Positions 1 to 14,466 of a stretch of DNA of 64,000 nt are shown here, piece by piece. The DNA is from Escherichia phage vB_EcoM_JNE01. The position numbers and the translations under genes were made by a program. The stretch lies in the sequence record OR670491; one strand, 5' to 3'. Within the stretch, counting starts at the first letter, position 1. Each line of letters opens with the position of its first letter. Below the pieces are notes generated by a model, which saw only the letters and a list, made by a program, of their open reading frames with translations, did not search any database and was not told the DNA's origin.

Positions 1-1
1 A

Positions 2-367
2 CAACAATCATTAGTTATTACTAAGAGTTCTTCTAAACCTAATGAACTAAACGTTTTCCCAATTGATGACGTAAATCCTGTAGATTCACAGAATCAAGGT
101 ACTATTCGTGAAGATATTTCTCCACAAGAACAGAATAGTGAAATCATGGGTGATGAAGGTATGGAAACTGCTGGTGATCCAGATTGCCGTTCTCCACTTA
201 GTGATGTACAGCCTGGTATGGGTGAGTTAATCCAATCTATTTCTCATATTGAAAAAGAAGATGATCTTTATGGTGATGATAGTGTAATGGGTAACAAGGC
301 ACAAAAAGAAAATGAAGACATGGTAGATCAAATTATTGACTTCTGTAATCGTATGCGAGGCCGTTGA
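2..367 (+). CDS. hypothetical protein, 5' end outside window
   Basis: Frame open from window start with no stop before the first in-window ATG at 146; acidic product. Confidence 0.4.
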   Translation, partial: QQSLVITKSSSKPNELNVFPIDDVNPVDSQNQGTIREDISPQEQNSEIMGDEGMETAGDPDCRSPLSDVQPGMGELIQSISHIEKEDDLYGDDSVMGNKAQKENEDMVDQIIDFCNRMRGR

Positions 368-585
368 TGAGAACCGTTCAAAATGTACATGGTCACAACA
401 CTATGGTATCCAATGAAGAGTACTCCGTATATTTGAAAATCAAAGCAAGTGGTTCCGTTCAGGCCGAACGTCTAAACGAATACTATCAGGAAATGGCTGA
501 TAAAATGGTATCTCGTGGAGTTCTAAATAAAGAAGAGAAAGATGACGGTACTGAAGTGTATACAACAGTTAGGAGTACTAAATGA
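364..585 (+). CDS. hypothetical protein
   Basis: ORF with ATGA stop-start overlap to upstream gene. Confidence 0.4.
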   Translation: MMRTVQNVHGHNTMVSNEEYSVYLKIKASGSVQAERLNEYYQEMADKMVSRGVLNKEEKDDGTEVYTTVRSTK

Positions 586-1256
586 ATTACGAACATGATC
601 CCAAAACAGTTAATATGATGGCTGACTTGTTGAGTGGTCTAAATGATATTGAAAGTGGTGAAGAAGTTACCATTAATGGTGTACCTCAACGTCCTGGTGG
701 TGATGTGGGTGCAATGCATGATATACTGTCTTCATTGAACGAAGCTGGTATGGCGTATGGCGAACCACTACCATCAGTACAACAACCTGTACAACAGATG
801 ACTAGTTACAATTCACCATACCAAACCACTCCACAACAAGCACCAGTGCCACAACGACAAGTAAAACCAAAAACTAATTGGAGTTTAGTTGAAGAAGTAG
901 TTGCTGGAACTAAATCCACAAAAGTATATAGTGTAAAATGTAATTACAGTTCACAGGTAATTATGAACAACATTATGATGTACGAAGCTGCATTAACATT
1001 AGTAAACTTACTAAATGAAGGACGTATGTTGACTGATGCTAAAGTTCTTGGTATTATAAGTTCCGGCTTACAGTTCACTGCTGTCATGACTGAAGCGTTA
1101 AAAGCTGCACAGAAACGACACAAGGTACTGAATGAATCTCGATATGATGATGCAAAAGAACTTGACATTATCATTGCTGAGAAGAAGGCAGAGGCATACA
1201 AACTCAAGGAACGAGTACTAAACTTTCTAAAGTCAGAAGGTTATATAAGTAAATAA
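582..1256 (+). CDS. hypothetical protein
   Basis: 224-aa ORF, start overlaps upstream stop; Q/P-rich central region. Confidence 0.5.
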   Translation: MNYEHDPKTVNMMADLLSGLNDIESGEEVTINGVPQRPGGDVGAMHDILSSLNEAGMAYGEPLPSVQQPVQQMTSYNSPYQTTPQQAPVPQRQVKPKTNWSLVEEVVAGTKSTKVYSVKCNYSSQVIMNNIMMYEAALTLVNLLNEGRMLTDAKVLGIISSGLQFTAVMTEALKAAQKRHKVLNESRYDDAKELDIIIAEKKAEAYKLKERVLNFLKSEGYISK

Positions 1257-1285
1257 ATTTAGTGATATTTTATAAGGAAATACAA

Positions 1286-1918
1286 ATGTCTAAATACAAG
1301 AAACTAATGGAATCCGCTTCTCGTGCAGAAGCAATGAAATTCATTCAATTGAATGAATCCAACATCGAAAAAGCTGAAATCGTTCTTTCCGTTAAAGGTG
1401 AGATTGTTGACAAGCTACAACGTCAATCCGAAGTAATCAACAACATGGGTGTTGACGTACTAGGTCCACTACTTGACCGTATCAAAGCGGAACAAGGTCT
1501 TGACGCAGCACAAAATTTCAGTGATAATGTTCGTCACCTATTACAACACGCTGTACAAACTCTAATGGATGTTAAAGACAAAATCAGTACTGAAACTCTA
1601 AAACTAACTGGTGACATTACTGATGCTCCAGCAGTTTCTGATATCGGTAGTGAAGATGTTGATATTGACATTGCAGCAGACACACCAACTTTCGACATGG
1701 ACGCTGATGCGGATTTTGAAGAAGATATTATTTCTGAACCAATCCCAACTGAGCGTGAAATGAAAGAATCCGTTAAACCAACTAAAATTGGTGTAACAAT
1801 GGAAAGTGTTAAGGGTACAGTCGGTACTAAATATTTCAGCAGCAAAAAAGAAATGTCACAATGGCTAACCGAAAACGAGAAGAAAGTTAAACGTGTTTTG
1901 GGATACACCAAAAAATAA
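1286..1918 (+). CDS. hypothetical acidic protein
   Basis: Track start 1262 is GTG; ATG at 1286 follows RBS AAGGAAA. Confidence 0.5.
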   Translation: MSKYKKLMESASRAEAMKFIQLNESNIEKAEIVLSVKGEIVDKLQRQSEVINNMGVDVLGPLLDRIKAEQGLDAAQNFSDNVRHLLQHAVQTLMDVKDKISTETLKLTGDITDAPAVSDIGSEDVDIDIAADTPTFDMDADADFEEDIISEPIPTEREMKESVKPTKIGVTMESVKGTVGTKYFSSKKEMSQWLTENEKKVKRVLGYTKK

Positions 1919-1930
1919 GGATATAATGGA

Positions 1931-2263
1931 ATGAGATTCAGTGATTTAACTGAAGAAGCTCCAGGAAAAGACATACGCAATATGATTACTACTATTGCGT
2001 TGTCTTTAGTATCTTCGGGTAGAGAAGAAGTTAACGTTCAGTCTTTAGTTTCTGAAATTAAAAAGAGAACCAACATTGACGTTCCTTACAACGTTTTGAT
2101 GGATATCTTAAACTCTCTACCATTTGTTCAGGATGCAAATTCTGATGTTGTTACCTTCGCAGGTAATGACTCACAGACTTCCGGTGATATGGAACAAAAT
2201 TCCGATGAACAAGTTGAAGACTGGGCTACTAAAGCTGCTGTGTCAGCTAACAAGCAAAAATAA
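1931..2263 (+). CDS. hypothetical protein
   Basis: 110-aa ORF, RBS AAGGA upstream. Confidence 0.45.
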   Translation: MRFSDLTEEAPGKDIRNMITTIALSLVSSGREEVNVQSLVSEIKKRTNIDVPYNVLMDILNSLPFVQDANSDVVTFAGNDSQTSGDMEQNSDEQVEDWATKAAVSANKQK

Positions 2264-2306
2264 TTTAGACAAACGAAAATACGATGCTATAATTAGGAGT
2301 ACATGG

Positions 2307-3026
2307 ATGTACATACCACCAATTGTTAGCAGATATACATATTTGGATTACAAGCGAATTGAAGGCGGCCCAGAAGGTCGCCTTTATTCAACTCCAACTG
2401 GGAATCTGCCGTCAGTAACAACAATCTTGAGTGCGACCTCTGATAACGAGGGTCTTAAAAAATGGCGAGAGTTTGTTGGAGAAGAGAAAGCTAATGAAAT
2501 AACATTAGAAGCATGTACTGTTGGAACATTCATGCATGAAAACTTAGAATTCCGTTTAGACGGTAAACCAGACCACCAAGGTGGAATGCCGATACGTGTA
2601 CTGGCTCGACGAATGGCAGATAAGATTCAGGAAGAAGCATGGCCTAAAATCAATGAAGTGTGGGGACAAGAAGTACCACTATTTTATGAAGGTTTGTGGG
2701 CTGGGACAACAGACTTAGTGGGGGTACATGACGGTATACCAACTATCATGGACTATAAGAATTCCCGTAAAATGAAAACATGGGAACATATTGAAAATTA
2801 TCGAATGCAGATTGCAGCTTATGCTCTTTCTCATAACCAAATGTTCGGGACTAATATCGAACGTGGTGTGATTTTCATCTGTGTAAGGAACGATCCTGCT
2901 AACCTTAAATATCAAGAGTTCGTTATTGAAGGACAAGACTTCAAAGACGCAGTTGATATGTGGATTGGTAGAGTTGAACAATATTATATTTTACGTGGAG
3001 AGATTGAATCAAATGGAACAGCATAA
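2307..3026 (+). CDS. PD-(D/E)XK family nuclease (Cas4/RecB-like exonuclease)
   Basis: Start reset to ATG 2307 after RBS AGGAG; motif VHDG...IMDYK fits the D...(D/E)xK catalytic core. Confidence 0.55.
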   Translation: MYIPPIVSRYTYLDYKRIEGGPEGRLYSTPTGNLPSVTTILSATSDNEGLKKWREFVGEEKANEITLEACTVGTFMHENLEFRLDGKPDHQGGMPIRVLARRMADKIQEEAWPKINEVWGQEVPLFYEGLWAGTTDLVGVHDGIPTIMDYKNSRKMKTWEHIENYRMQIAAYALSHNQMFGTNIERGVIFICVRNDPANLKYQEFVIEGQDFKDAVDMWIGRVEQYYILRGEIESNGTA

Positions 3027-3570
3027 AGAAATGAAACAAGACCTATATACAATTCGTGCACTAGAAAGCAAAGGCTACAAACTTGATGACGTAGTAAACC
3101 TAACTGATGAACAAATCGATGGTTTACAACTATCTCAAAAACTAATCACTAATATCAAATCCTATAAACAACGTGGTGCTAAACCTGTTGAAGCAATTAA
3201 AGTTCAGATTGCTGATGATATTAGTATTGATGAAGAATCCCGTAATGTTGCACCAGAAGTTATTGAAACCTACGTAGAAAATACACCAGAACATATCGAA
3301 GTTGCTAAAGAAGTAGAACGTGTAGCTGAAGAACTAGCACCGACTATCGAAGAAGAAGACGTAGTTGTAGTTGAACACGTTGAAGCGGCGAAAGAAGATC
3401 TAGATATTATTACCGCAGCACTTCAAGAAAAAGAACTTAAAACTGTAGCAAACTACATCAAACATCTCAAATCTTCCGTACCAGAAGCAATTCTTGTATC
3501 TGTTGAGAGTTCTGTTGTATCTCGTCTAATCAACGAGCGTATTGCTGAAGTTAAAGAAAACGCTAAATAA
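3013..3570 (+). CDS. hypothetical acidic protein
   Basis: Internal ATG at 3013 (MEQHKEM) after GGAG; overlaps upstream gene end. Confidence 0.45.
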   Translation: MEQHKEMKQDLYTIRALESKGYKLDDVVNLTDEQIDGLQLSQKLITNIKSYKQRGAKPVEAIKVQIADDISIDEESRNVAPEVIETYVENTPEHIEVAKEVERVAEELAPTIEEEDVVVVEHVEAAKEDLDIITAALQEKELKTVANYIKHLKSSVPEAILVSVESSVVSRLINERIAEVKENAK

Positions 3571-3598
3571 TCCTATAATACTATAGGAGTGAGTTATT

Positions 3599-4180
3599 AT
3601 GGCACAACAACAAGTCGCGTTACAGCAAGTACGCACAGGAAAGCAACGTGATTTACCAGATGCCTTAGAAAAAGGACAAATCGGATTCAGTACTGATGTA
3701 GGTCGTGTATTCATAGGTTTACCGTCTACATCAGACCCAGCAAGTTTAGTTGCTGGGCGTACTTGGGTAACTAATCCAAATTCTGGTAAAGAAAACGTAG
3801 AAATTATTACAGAATTTTCACCGTGGCAAACAGTATCAGGGATTGTAAACAGACCATTCGCAGTAGAATTACTTCAGGGTCAACAATCTATTGATGTATT
3901 CATTGATAGTCAGAGTCGAGTATTCTTAGACTACATTGCATATAATACCAATGGCACAGTGTTAGAATCAGGTACAGTACAAATGGTAGCAGTTGGTACT
4001 AATACCTTGATTTCACAATTTAACAACACGAGCCGAAGTGATGCAGTACTTTCAATACTATTTTCTAATCCAGTTTATAATACATCAACTGGAAGTATGC
4101 AATTTAGTATAGAGAATACTGATTACGTTAACTCCGGTTATAACATAGAATTTGTATATCGTGGGTGGGACAAACCTTAA
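3599..4180 (+). CDS. hypothetical protein
   Basis: 193-aa ORF, RBS TAGGAGTGAG, followed by a terminator hairpin. Confidence 0.5.
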   Translation: MAQQQVALQQVRTGKQRDLPDALEKGQIGFSTDVGRVFIGLPSTSDPASLVAGRTWVTNPNSGKENVEIITEFSPWQTVSGIVNRPFAVELLQGQQSIDVFIDSQSRVFLDYIAYNTNGTVLESGTVQMVAVGTNTLISQFNNTSRSDAVLSILFSNPVYNTSTGSMQFSIENTDYVNSGYNIEFVYRGWDKP

Positions 4181-4199
4181 AGGCGTCCCGCCTTTTTCT
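4179..4199 (+). terminator. rho-independent terminator
   Basis: AAAGGCG-TCC-CGCCTTT hairpin followed by T-rich tract. Confidence 0.5.
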
Positions 4200-4245
4200 T
4201 CCACTAAATTTAACGAAATTAAAAAACATAAGAAAAGGATGACAC

Positions 4246-6564
4246 ATGATCAACGTAACCAAGCGTAATGGAACAAAAGAACCATTAGATTTGGATAAAA
4301 TCCATCAGATTTTATTTTTTGCTGCTGAAGGTCTTAGCGGTATTTCTGTATCAGAAATTGAAATTCGTGCACAGCTTCAATTCTACGAAGGAATCGAAAC
4401 TAAAGAAATCCATGACATTTTGATTAAATCAGCTTCTGAGCTAATTACTGAGGAAACTCCAAACTACCAATATGTTGCTGGTCGCCTGTTGAACTATAGC
4501 ATCCGTAAGCAAGTGTATGGTGATTACGAGCCAATCAAATATTCAGCACATGTTCAGGAAATGGTTGACATTGAAATCTATGATGCTGAGATTCTAGAAA
4601 AGTATACTCTTCAAGAAATTGAAGAACTTGGTAAGTACATCAAACATAAGCGTGATGATAAATTCACTTATGTTGCAATGCGTCAATGGGAAGGGAAATA
4701 CCTTTACAAAAACCGTGTAACCAAAAAAATCTACGAAACTCCACAGATGGCATATATGACTATTGCAGCAATCATCTTTATGGAGTATGATCGTTCAATT
4801 CGTATGTCTTACGTTAAGAAGTTCTATGATGCAGTAAGTAACTTTGACCTAAGCCTACCAACTCCAATCATGGCAGGACTACGCACAAATACGCGTCAGT
4901 TTAGCTCATGTGTAGTACTGAACGTTGGTGATAGCCTAGACAGCATTGGTTCCTCTAACCATGCCATTCTTCGTTATATCTCCCGTAAAGCAGGTCTAGG
5001 TGTCAACATGGGTCGTATCCGTGCACTTGACTCTGAGATCCGTGGTGGTGATGCAGTGCATACTGGTTTGATTCCATTCATTGCTGGTGTTGCTAAAACA
5101 GTTAAAAGCTGTTCACAAGGTGGTGTTCGTGGTGGTGCAGCAACTGTACACTTCCCGTTATGGCATCTTGAATTTGATAGCCTAATTGTACTGAAGAACA
5201 ACAAAGGTACTGAGTTCAACCGTGTGCGTCAATTGGACTATTGTTTCCAAGTGAATAAAACACTATATCAACGTTTAGTTGATGGTAAGAACATCACCTT
5301 CTTTAGTCCTAATGAAGTTCCAGGGCTATATGAAGCATTCTGTTCTAACCAAAAAGAATTCGAACGTCTATACAAAAAATACGAAGCTGACCCAGCAATT
5401 CGTAAAATCAGTAAACCAGCAGTTGAAGTGTTCTCTACACTAATGACTGAACGTTCTGAAACTGGTCGCATTTATATTCAAAACATCGATCATGCAAACA
5501 CTCACTCAACATTCGATGAGAGTATTGCACCAATCGAACAATCCAACCTTTGTCAAGAAATCGCATTGCCATCTGTGCCATTCGATGACATTAACACTGG
5601 TGACGGACTGATTAGCCTATGTACACTAAGTGCAATTAACTGGGGTAACTTTGATAAGCCAGAAGATATGGAAACTGCATGTGATCTATCCATCCGTGCT
5701 CTTGACTCCTTGTTGGATTACCAAGACTATCCAGTAGTACATGCTGACCGTGCTACCAATCTATATCGCCCACTAGGTGTAGGTATCATTAACTTCGCAT
5801 ACTTCCTAGCTAAACGTGGATTGAAGTACAATGAGCAAGCACTTGAAACTGTAAACACTTGGGCTGAAGCATGGTCTTATTACTTGCTTAAATCCTCTGT
5901 TCAGTTAGCAAAAGAAAAAGGTCGTTGTGAAGGGTTTGAAAACCTAAAATATGCTAAAGGTATTCTACCAATCGATACATATAAATCAGATATTGATGAA
6001 CTAGTAGGTACTGAATTAAAACAAGATTGGGAATCTCTACGTGCTGATATCAAAACTTACGGTATCCGTAACGCTACAACTATGGCACTAATGCCAGCAG
6101 AAACCAGTGCACAGATTAGTAACAGTACTAACGGTATTGAGAAACCTCGTTCACTAGTATCTACTAAACTATCTAAAGATGGTATCTTGCGTCAAGTAGT
6201 TCCAGAGATTCATAAGTTGAAAAACAAATATGATTTACTATGGGATCAAAAAGATAACATTGGTTATCTACAAATTTGTGGTGTACTACAAAAATACATT
6301 GACCAAAGTATTAGTGTGAATACCAGCTACAACCCAGCACATAGTCCTGATGGTAAAATCTCTATGACTACACTTCTAACTGAAGTCATGTATGCATATA
6401 AAGTTGGTTTGAAAAACTTGTATTATCACAATACAAATGATGGTTCAGATGAAATTGATGTTGATAAAGCACTAAAAGATGCATCAACTAAAGAGAACAA
6501 CGGTCTAGTACTTCCTGACCTATCAGGTGAAGACCTAGATGGTTGTGATAGCTGCAAGATCTAA
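4246..6564 (+). CDS. nrdA: ribonucleotide reductase class Ia large subunit
   Basis: 772 aa; ATP-cone N-terminus (VTKRNGTKEPLDLDKIH), SSCVL active-site region, GGVRGGAAT, C-terminal Cys pair; collinear with E. coli NrdA as recalled. Confidence 0.95.
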   Translation: MINVTKRNGTKEPLDLDKIHQILFFAAEGLSGISVSEIEIRAQLQFYEGIETKEIHDILIKSASELITEETPNYQYVAGRLLNYSIRKQVYGDYEPIKYSAHVQEMVDIEIYDAEILEKYTLQEIEELGKYIKHKRDDKFTYVAMRQWEGKYLYKNRVTKKIYETPQMAYMTIAAIIFMEYDRSIRMSYVKKFYDAVSNFDLSLPTPIMAGLRTNTRQFSSCVVLNVGDSLDSIGSSNHAILRYISRKAGLGVNMGRIRALDSEIRGGDAVHTGLIPFIAGVAKTVKSCSQGGVRGGAATVHFPLWHLEFDSLIVLKNNKGTEFNRVRQLDYCFQVNKTLYQRLVDGKNITFFSPNEVPGLYEAFCSNQKEFERLYKKYEADPAIRKISKPAVEVFSTLMTERSETGRIYIQNIDHANTHSTFDESIAPIEQSNLCQEIALPSVPFDDINTGDGLISLCTLSAINWGNFDKPEDMETACDLSIRALDSLLDYQDYPVVHADRATNLYRPLGVGIINFAYFLAKRGLKYNEQALETVNTWAEAWSYYLLKSSVQLAKEKGRCEGFENLKYAKGILPIDTYKSDIDELVGTELKQDWESLRADIKTYGIRNATTMALMPAETSAQISNSTNGIEKPRSLVSTKLSKDGILRQVVPEIHKLKNKYDLLWDQKDNIGYLQICGVLQKYIDQSISVNTSYNPAHSPDGKISMTTLLTEVMYAYKVGLKNLYYHNTNDGSDEIDVDKALKDASTKENNGLVLPDLSGEDLDGCDSCKI

Positions 6565-6575
6565 TAATTATAATT

Positions 6576-6600
6576 AATCCCACTTCGGTGGGATTTTTCT
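6576..6600 (+). terminator. rho-independent terminator
   Basis: ATCCCAC-TTCG-GTGGGAT hairpin plus TTTTCT. Confidence 0.6.
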
Positions 6601-6615
6601 TAAAGTGGAGATATA

Positions 6616-7389
6616 ATGAAAATTGATTATCACAATCCAATCCCATTAGATTTCATTGAGGAATTTTGGGACGAGCTTGACATAGATCTTATTGCAAGGT
6701 ATCAAAAATTACCGGAAGATTTCATAAAGAAACATTTTGATAAAATGAATCCTAATATGTTAGTTCGATATCAAACAATGACTACCGATTTTATTAAAGA
6801 AAAATGGGAATGGTTTGATAAAAACGTAATTGCAACGTATGTGGTTATGCCATTGGAATTGATAATGGAAAAGTGGGATGATTTTAAAGGTAATTTTCTT
6901 GATACCGTTGCGAAATATCAAACAATGACTGTGGATTTCATTAAAGAAAAATGGAATGACCTTACTGAATTTTCCGATGGTGTAATGTCAGAAATATCCA
7001 GATATCAAAAATTAACTCTTGACTTCATACAAGAAAAATGGGATTATATTGATAAAAATTATATCTCTTATTATCAAACACTAACAGTTGATTTTATAAA
7101 AGAAAATTTAGCTGCATTAAATGTCGCTGCCGTATCCGCATTCCAAATTATGGAAGACGATGTTCGAGCTATGCTAGGATTAAATTCACCTGCTGAAACG
7201 ATCACAGGAAAACAAATTCTTGCTTTTGATCCGTGTGCTGATGGGATGGCACGATATCATGCACATACGCCAGATGACAACACTGTACTGACGTGGAATG
7301 AACTTTTAGAAAAACATTTAGGTACACAAGCTGGCATCAGTGACATTCACTGGTTGTCGTATAAATTGGGTCATAAAATTAATACATAA
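6616..7389 (+). CDS. tandem-repeat protein, unknown function
   Basis: Six degenerate ~24-aa repeats of type xxYQ(K/T)(L/M)TxDFIKEKWxxxDKNxI; sits between nrdA and nrdB. Confidence 0.5.
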   Translation: MKIDYHNPIPLDFIEEFWDELDIDLIARYQKLPEDFIKKHFDKMNPNMLVRYQTMTTDFIKEKWEWFDKNVIATYVVMPLELIMEKWDDFKGNFLDTVAKYQTMTVDFIKEKWNDLTEFSDGVMSEISRYQKLTLDFIQEKWDYIDKNYISYYQTLTVDFIKENLAALNVAAVSAFQIMEDDVRAMLGLNSPAETITGKQILAFDPCADGMARYHAHTPDDNTVLTWNELLEKHLGTQAGISDIHWLSYKLGHKINT

Positions 7390-7398
7390 GGAAATGTA

Positions 7399-8523
7399 AT
7401 GTCCGTATTTAAAATTAACGAAAAATCGCATCTAGAAAAAAATATGTTCTTTGATGAAAGTGTTGACATTCAACGCTTTGAGAGTGTAAAGTACTCTGCA
7501 CTTGAAAAACTCACTGAGCAACAGAAAAGCTTTTTCTGGACTCCAGGTGAAGTAGACGTTTCGAAAGATAAGATTGACTTTGCATCTCTTTCTGTAGCTG
7601 AGAAGCATATCTTTACATCTAACCTAAAACGTCAAATCCTTCTAGATTCAGTACAAGGACGTGGCCCGAATCTAATGCTACTTCCATATGCGTCACTGCC
7701 TGAACTAGAAAACTTTATTGAGACTTGGGCTTTCTTTGAAGGTGCAATTCACAGTAAATCATATACACATATTATTCGTAACATCTATCCTAATCCTTCT
7801 GAAGTATTTGATACTATGTTGGACATTCCAGAGATTACTTCATGTGCTGCTGATGTATCTAAGTATTATGATTCTCTAGATGAACTAGGAACTCTATACA
7901 AATTGTTAGGTGAAGGTACACATACTATCAATGGTAAAGAAGTTATTGTTGATATGTACGAACTTAAAAAGCGTATGTGGTTGTGCCTGAACAGTATCAA
8001 CATCCTTGAGGGTGTACGATTCTATGCGAGCTTTGCATGTTCATGGGCGTTTGCTGAAAATAAACTAATGGAAGGTAATGCTAAAATCATCCGTCTAATC
8101 TGTCGTGATGAGAACCTTCACTTAGCAGCAACACAAATGATCTTGCGTTTGCTCAAGAAAGAAGATCCAGATTTTGCTAAACTTGCAGAAGAATGTGCAG
8201 ATGAAGTTCAAGACATGTTTATGCAAGCAATCAAACAAGAAGAAGAGTGGGCTGACTTCCTATTCAAAGATGGCTCCATTATCGGTTTGAACGCAGAAAT
8301 CCTTAAACAGTATGTACGTTATATCGGTGCTAAACGTATGAATGCGTTAGGTATTAAACCTCCATTCACTGTATCTAAACATAACCCTATCCCTTGGACT
8401 GAACACTGGGTTAGTGGTGGTTCTGTACAGGTAGCTCCACAAGAAACTGAAATCAGTTCTTACATCATCGGTGGTATTGTGAATGATGTAACTGAAGGTG
8501 CATTTGCACCATTCAAACTATAA
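7399..8523 (+). CDS. nrdB: ribonucleotide reductase class Ia small subunit
   Basis: 374 aa; FFWTPGEVDVSKD and LLDSVQGRGPN regions typical of R2; RBS AAGGAAA. Confidence 0.9.
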   Translation: MSVFKINEKSHLEKNMFFDESVDIQRFESVKYSALEKLTEQQKSFFWTPGEVDVSKDKIDFASLSVAEKHIFTSNLKRQILLDSVQGRGPNLMLLPYASLPELENFIETWAFFEGAIHSKSYTHIIRNIYPNPSEVFDTMLDIPEITSCAADVSKYYDSLDELGTLYKLLGEGTHTINGKEVIVDMYELKKRMWLCLNSINILEGVRFYASFACSWAFAENKLMEGNAKIIRLICRDENLHLAATQMILRLLKKEDPDFAKLAEECADEVQDMFMQAIKQEEEWADFLFKDGSIIGLNAEILKQYVRYIGAKRMNALGIKPPFTVSKHNPIPWTEHWVSGGSVQVAPQETEISSYIIGGIVNDVTEGAFAPFKL

Positions 8524-8532
8524 GATTAAACG

Positions 8533-8555
8533 AGGGATTCACATGAATCCCTTTA
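8533..8555 (+). terminator. putative terminator hairpin
   Basis: GGGATTC-ACAT-GAATCCC hairpin, short T tract. Confidence 0.4.
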
Positions 8556-8570
8556 CTATGGATTAAGAAT

Positions 8571-8756
8571 ATGAAAGATATTTTCACGATAGATCCTGGC
8601 GTTGTCTATGACTTCTATCTCGTTGGTGGACTTAAGGTTTCTGGTCCAGTTATCCAAGCTGCCCCAAATGGTCTAGTACTGATTGATGGCACACACATTG
8701 TTCAAGAGCACATCATTATGTTTAAACCGCAATATGATGAAAATTCTGGACAATAA
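8571..8756 (+). CDS. hypothetical protein
   Basis: 61-aa ORF. Confidence 0.35.
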   Translation: MKDIFTIDPGVVYDFYLVGGLKVSGPVIQAAPNGLVLIDGTHIVQEHIIMFKPQYDENSGQ

Positions 8757-8784
8757 CAAGCACTGTGATATAATTATTTTGTAA

Positions 8785-9036
<252 letters not shown>

Positions 9037-9048
9037 GAGGATATAATA

Positions 9049-10172
<1,124 letters not shown>

Positions 10173-10173
10173 T

Positions 10174-10210
10174 AAAAAAAGGGAGCAACATAAGTTTGCT
10201 CCCTTTATAG
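10174..10210. terminator. bidirectional rho-independent terminator
   Basis: 10-bp perfect stem GGGAGCAAAC-ATAA-GTTTGCTCCC flanked by A-run and T-run, between convergent genes. Confidence 0.75.
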
Positions 10211-10211
10211 T

Positions 10212-10883
<672 letters not shown>

Positions 10884-10890
10884 TTATTAA

Positions 10891-11562
<672 letters not shown>

Positions 11563-11564
11563 TT

Positions 11565-11615
<51 letters not shown>

Positions 11616-11703
11616 TTGTTAATCTCCAATCTTATTGTTATTTTTATAAAGTATTTACCTAAATTTATTAAATTTTGATAGTTAATAGGAGGCGAAGTAT
11701 TAT

Positions 11704-13022
<1,319 letters not shown>

Positions 13023-13044
13023 CACATAATCAGTTGAGGGAACA

Positions 13045-14385
13045 ATGACTAAACTTAAGCTTACGGATAAGCAACAATCAATTTTTGATCACTTTATAGA
13101 TCGTGTACACAACTTCCCAGGAAAAACCGAAGCAGTACTAGCTGCTCCAGCAGGGACAGGTAAAACGTTCACGACTGCGGAGATTGTTAAGGCTTTATGT
13201 AAGAATTACAATATCGCTGTAACATCTCCAACACATAAAGCCAACGCTGTAATTAGAGAAATGCTAATTAACAATGCTGGTCTAACCAAAGAAGATGCAC
13301 AGGTCAGTACTATTCACTCTTTTCTAGGATTGAAACTAGTCTATGAAAAGAACCGTCAAGTACTGAAACATGACCCACAAAGTAAAGTAAGTAATACTAA
13401 CGTTGATATTCTAATTGTTGACGAATGTAGTATGATTTCTGAAGAACTATTTCAGCATATCAAAGATCAGTTGTGGCGTGTTCGTAGGGCTGTTTTGTTC
13501 ATTGGGGATAGATGCCAGTTGCCACCAGTTGAAGCTGAGGGTACGCTAGGAGAAACAAAACTATCACCGTCCTTTGATGTTAGTACACAATACGAATTGA
13601 CAGAAGTTCTTCGTCAAGCATTGGATAACCCGATTCTTGCAATTGCTACTTCTATTCGTGAATGCATCGGAACTTCTAAGAACCCGTTTGATATTATGCA
13701 TCAAACCTACGGTCTTAGTACTATCACTCCAATTGAAGATGAAGACTTATTTCTTGAAGTCTATCGTGAATTCATTATGGAGAACAAAGGTTCTGCGAAG
13801 AAAATCTTTGAGTTCGTGAATGATAACAAAATCTTGGCATACACTAACTACAGAGTAAACCTTGCTAATATCTTCATTCGCAGCCAACTATTTGAAGTAC
13901 CAGAAGAATTCACCAAAGGTGAACCGATTGTATTTGAGAGTATTACAGAGAACAGTCCATACGTTGTCCAGCAGATCATTCAATGTCCTGAAGTGAAGCC
14001 TGAGAGTTTTATGGGTATTGAATGCTGGCAATTCAGACTCCCTAATGGTAGTTACATTTTGGGTGTTGGACCAGAGACACGTATTGCAATGGAAGCAAAA
14101 CTTGATGAGTTAGTGAAAAACATCGAGAAGAAAGAAAAAAATCCATTGACGCAGAAACCATACATGTGGCAAGATTACTATGTAATTAAAAACAAATTAC
14201 ATATTATCAACTATCCATATGCAACAACTGTTCATAAGTCTCAAGGAAGTACGTTTGATAACATTTGGTTTGATCCTGACTTCATTGAACGTATTGGAAG
14301 TAATGACACTAAGTGTCGTATCCTTTACACTGCAATGACCAGACCACGTTACAACGTTATGCTAAGACAAAACGCTAGATTCTAA
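13045..14385 (+). CDS. SF1 DNA helicase (Dda/RecD-like)
   Basis: 446 aa; Walker A AAPAGTGKT, Walker B IVDECSM, C-terminal VHKSQGSTF motif. Confidence 0.85.
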   Translation: MTKLKLTDKQQSIFDHFIDRVHNFPGKTEAVLAAPAGTGKTFTTAEIVKALCKNYNIAVTSPTHKANAVIREMLINNAGLTKEDAQVSTIHSFLGLKLVYEKNRQVLKHDPQSKVSNTNVDILIVDECSMISEELFQHIKDQLWRVRRAVLFIGDRCQLPPVEAEGTLGETKLSPSFDVSTQYELTEVLRQALDNPILAIATSIRECIGTSKNPFDIMHQTYGLSTITPIEDEDLFLEVYREFIMENKGSAKKIFEFVNDNKILAYTNYRVNLANIFIRSQLFEVPEEFTKGEPIVFESITENSPYVVQQIIQCPEVKPESFMGIECWQFRLPNGSYILGVGPETRIAMEAKLDELVKNIEKKEKNPLTQKPYMWQDYYVIKNKLHIINYPYATTVHKSQGSTFDNIWFDPDFIERIGSNDTKCRILYTAMTRPRYNVMLRQNARF

Positions 14386-14466
14386 TCACACAATTTATAT
14401 ACACAAATAAATTTGATTTTTAATAATAAATAATCAAAAGTGTTTTGTATTATGGAGAAATATACA

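Noticed and set aside
944-1207. Minus-strand ORFs lying entirely inside + strand genes (for example 944-1207, 1534-1980, 4974-5219, 8673-8912, 20040-20303, 23689-23952, 31664-31999, 32400-32747, 39381-39779, 44712-45056, 62018-62239)
   Set aside because: Each is antisense to a longer, better-supported + strand gene with an RBS and recognisable product; typical chance ORFs in AT-rich DNA.
4246-8523. Looked for group I introns or inteins splitting nrdA or nrdB, as occurs in some T4-like phages
   Set aside because: Both genes are uninterrupted full-length ORFs (772 and 374 aa); the intervening gene is a separate repeat protein with its own terminators.
13637-13819. 60-aa + strand ORF inside the helicase gene in another frame
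   Set aside because: Nested in the helicase coding region, which has clear Walker motifs in its own frame; no RBS.
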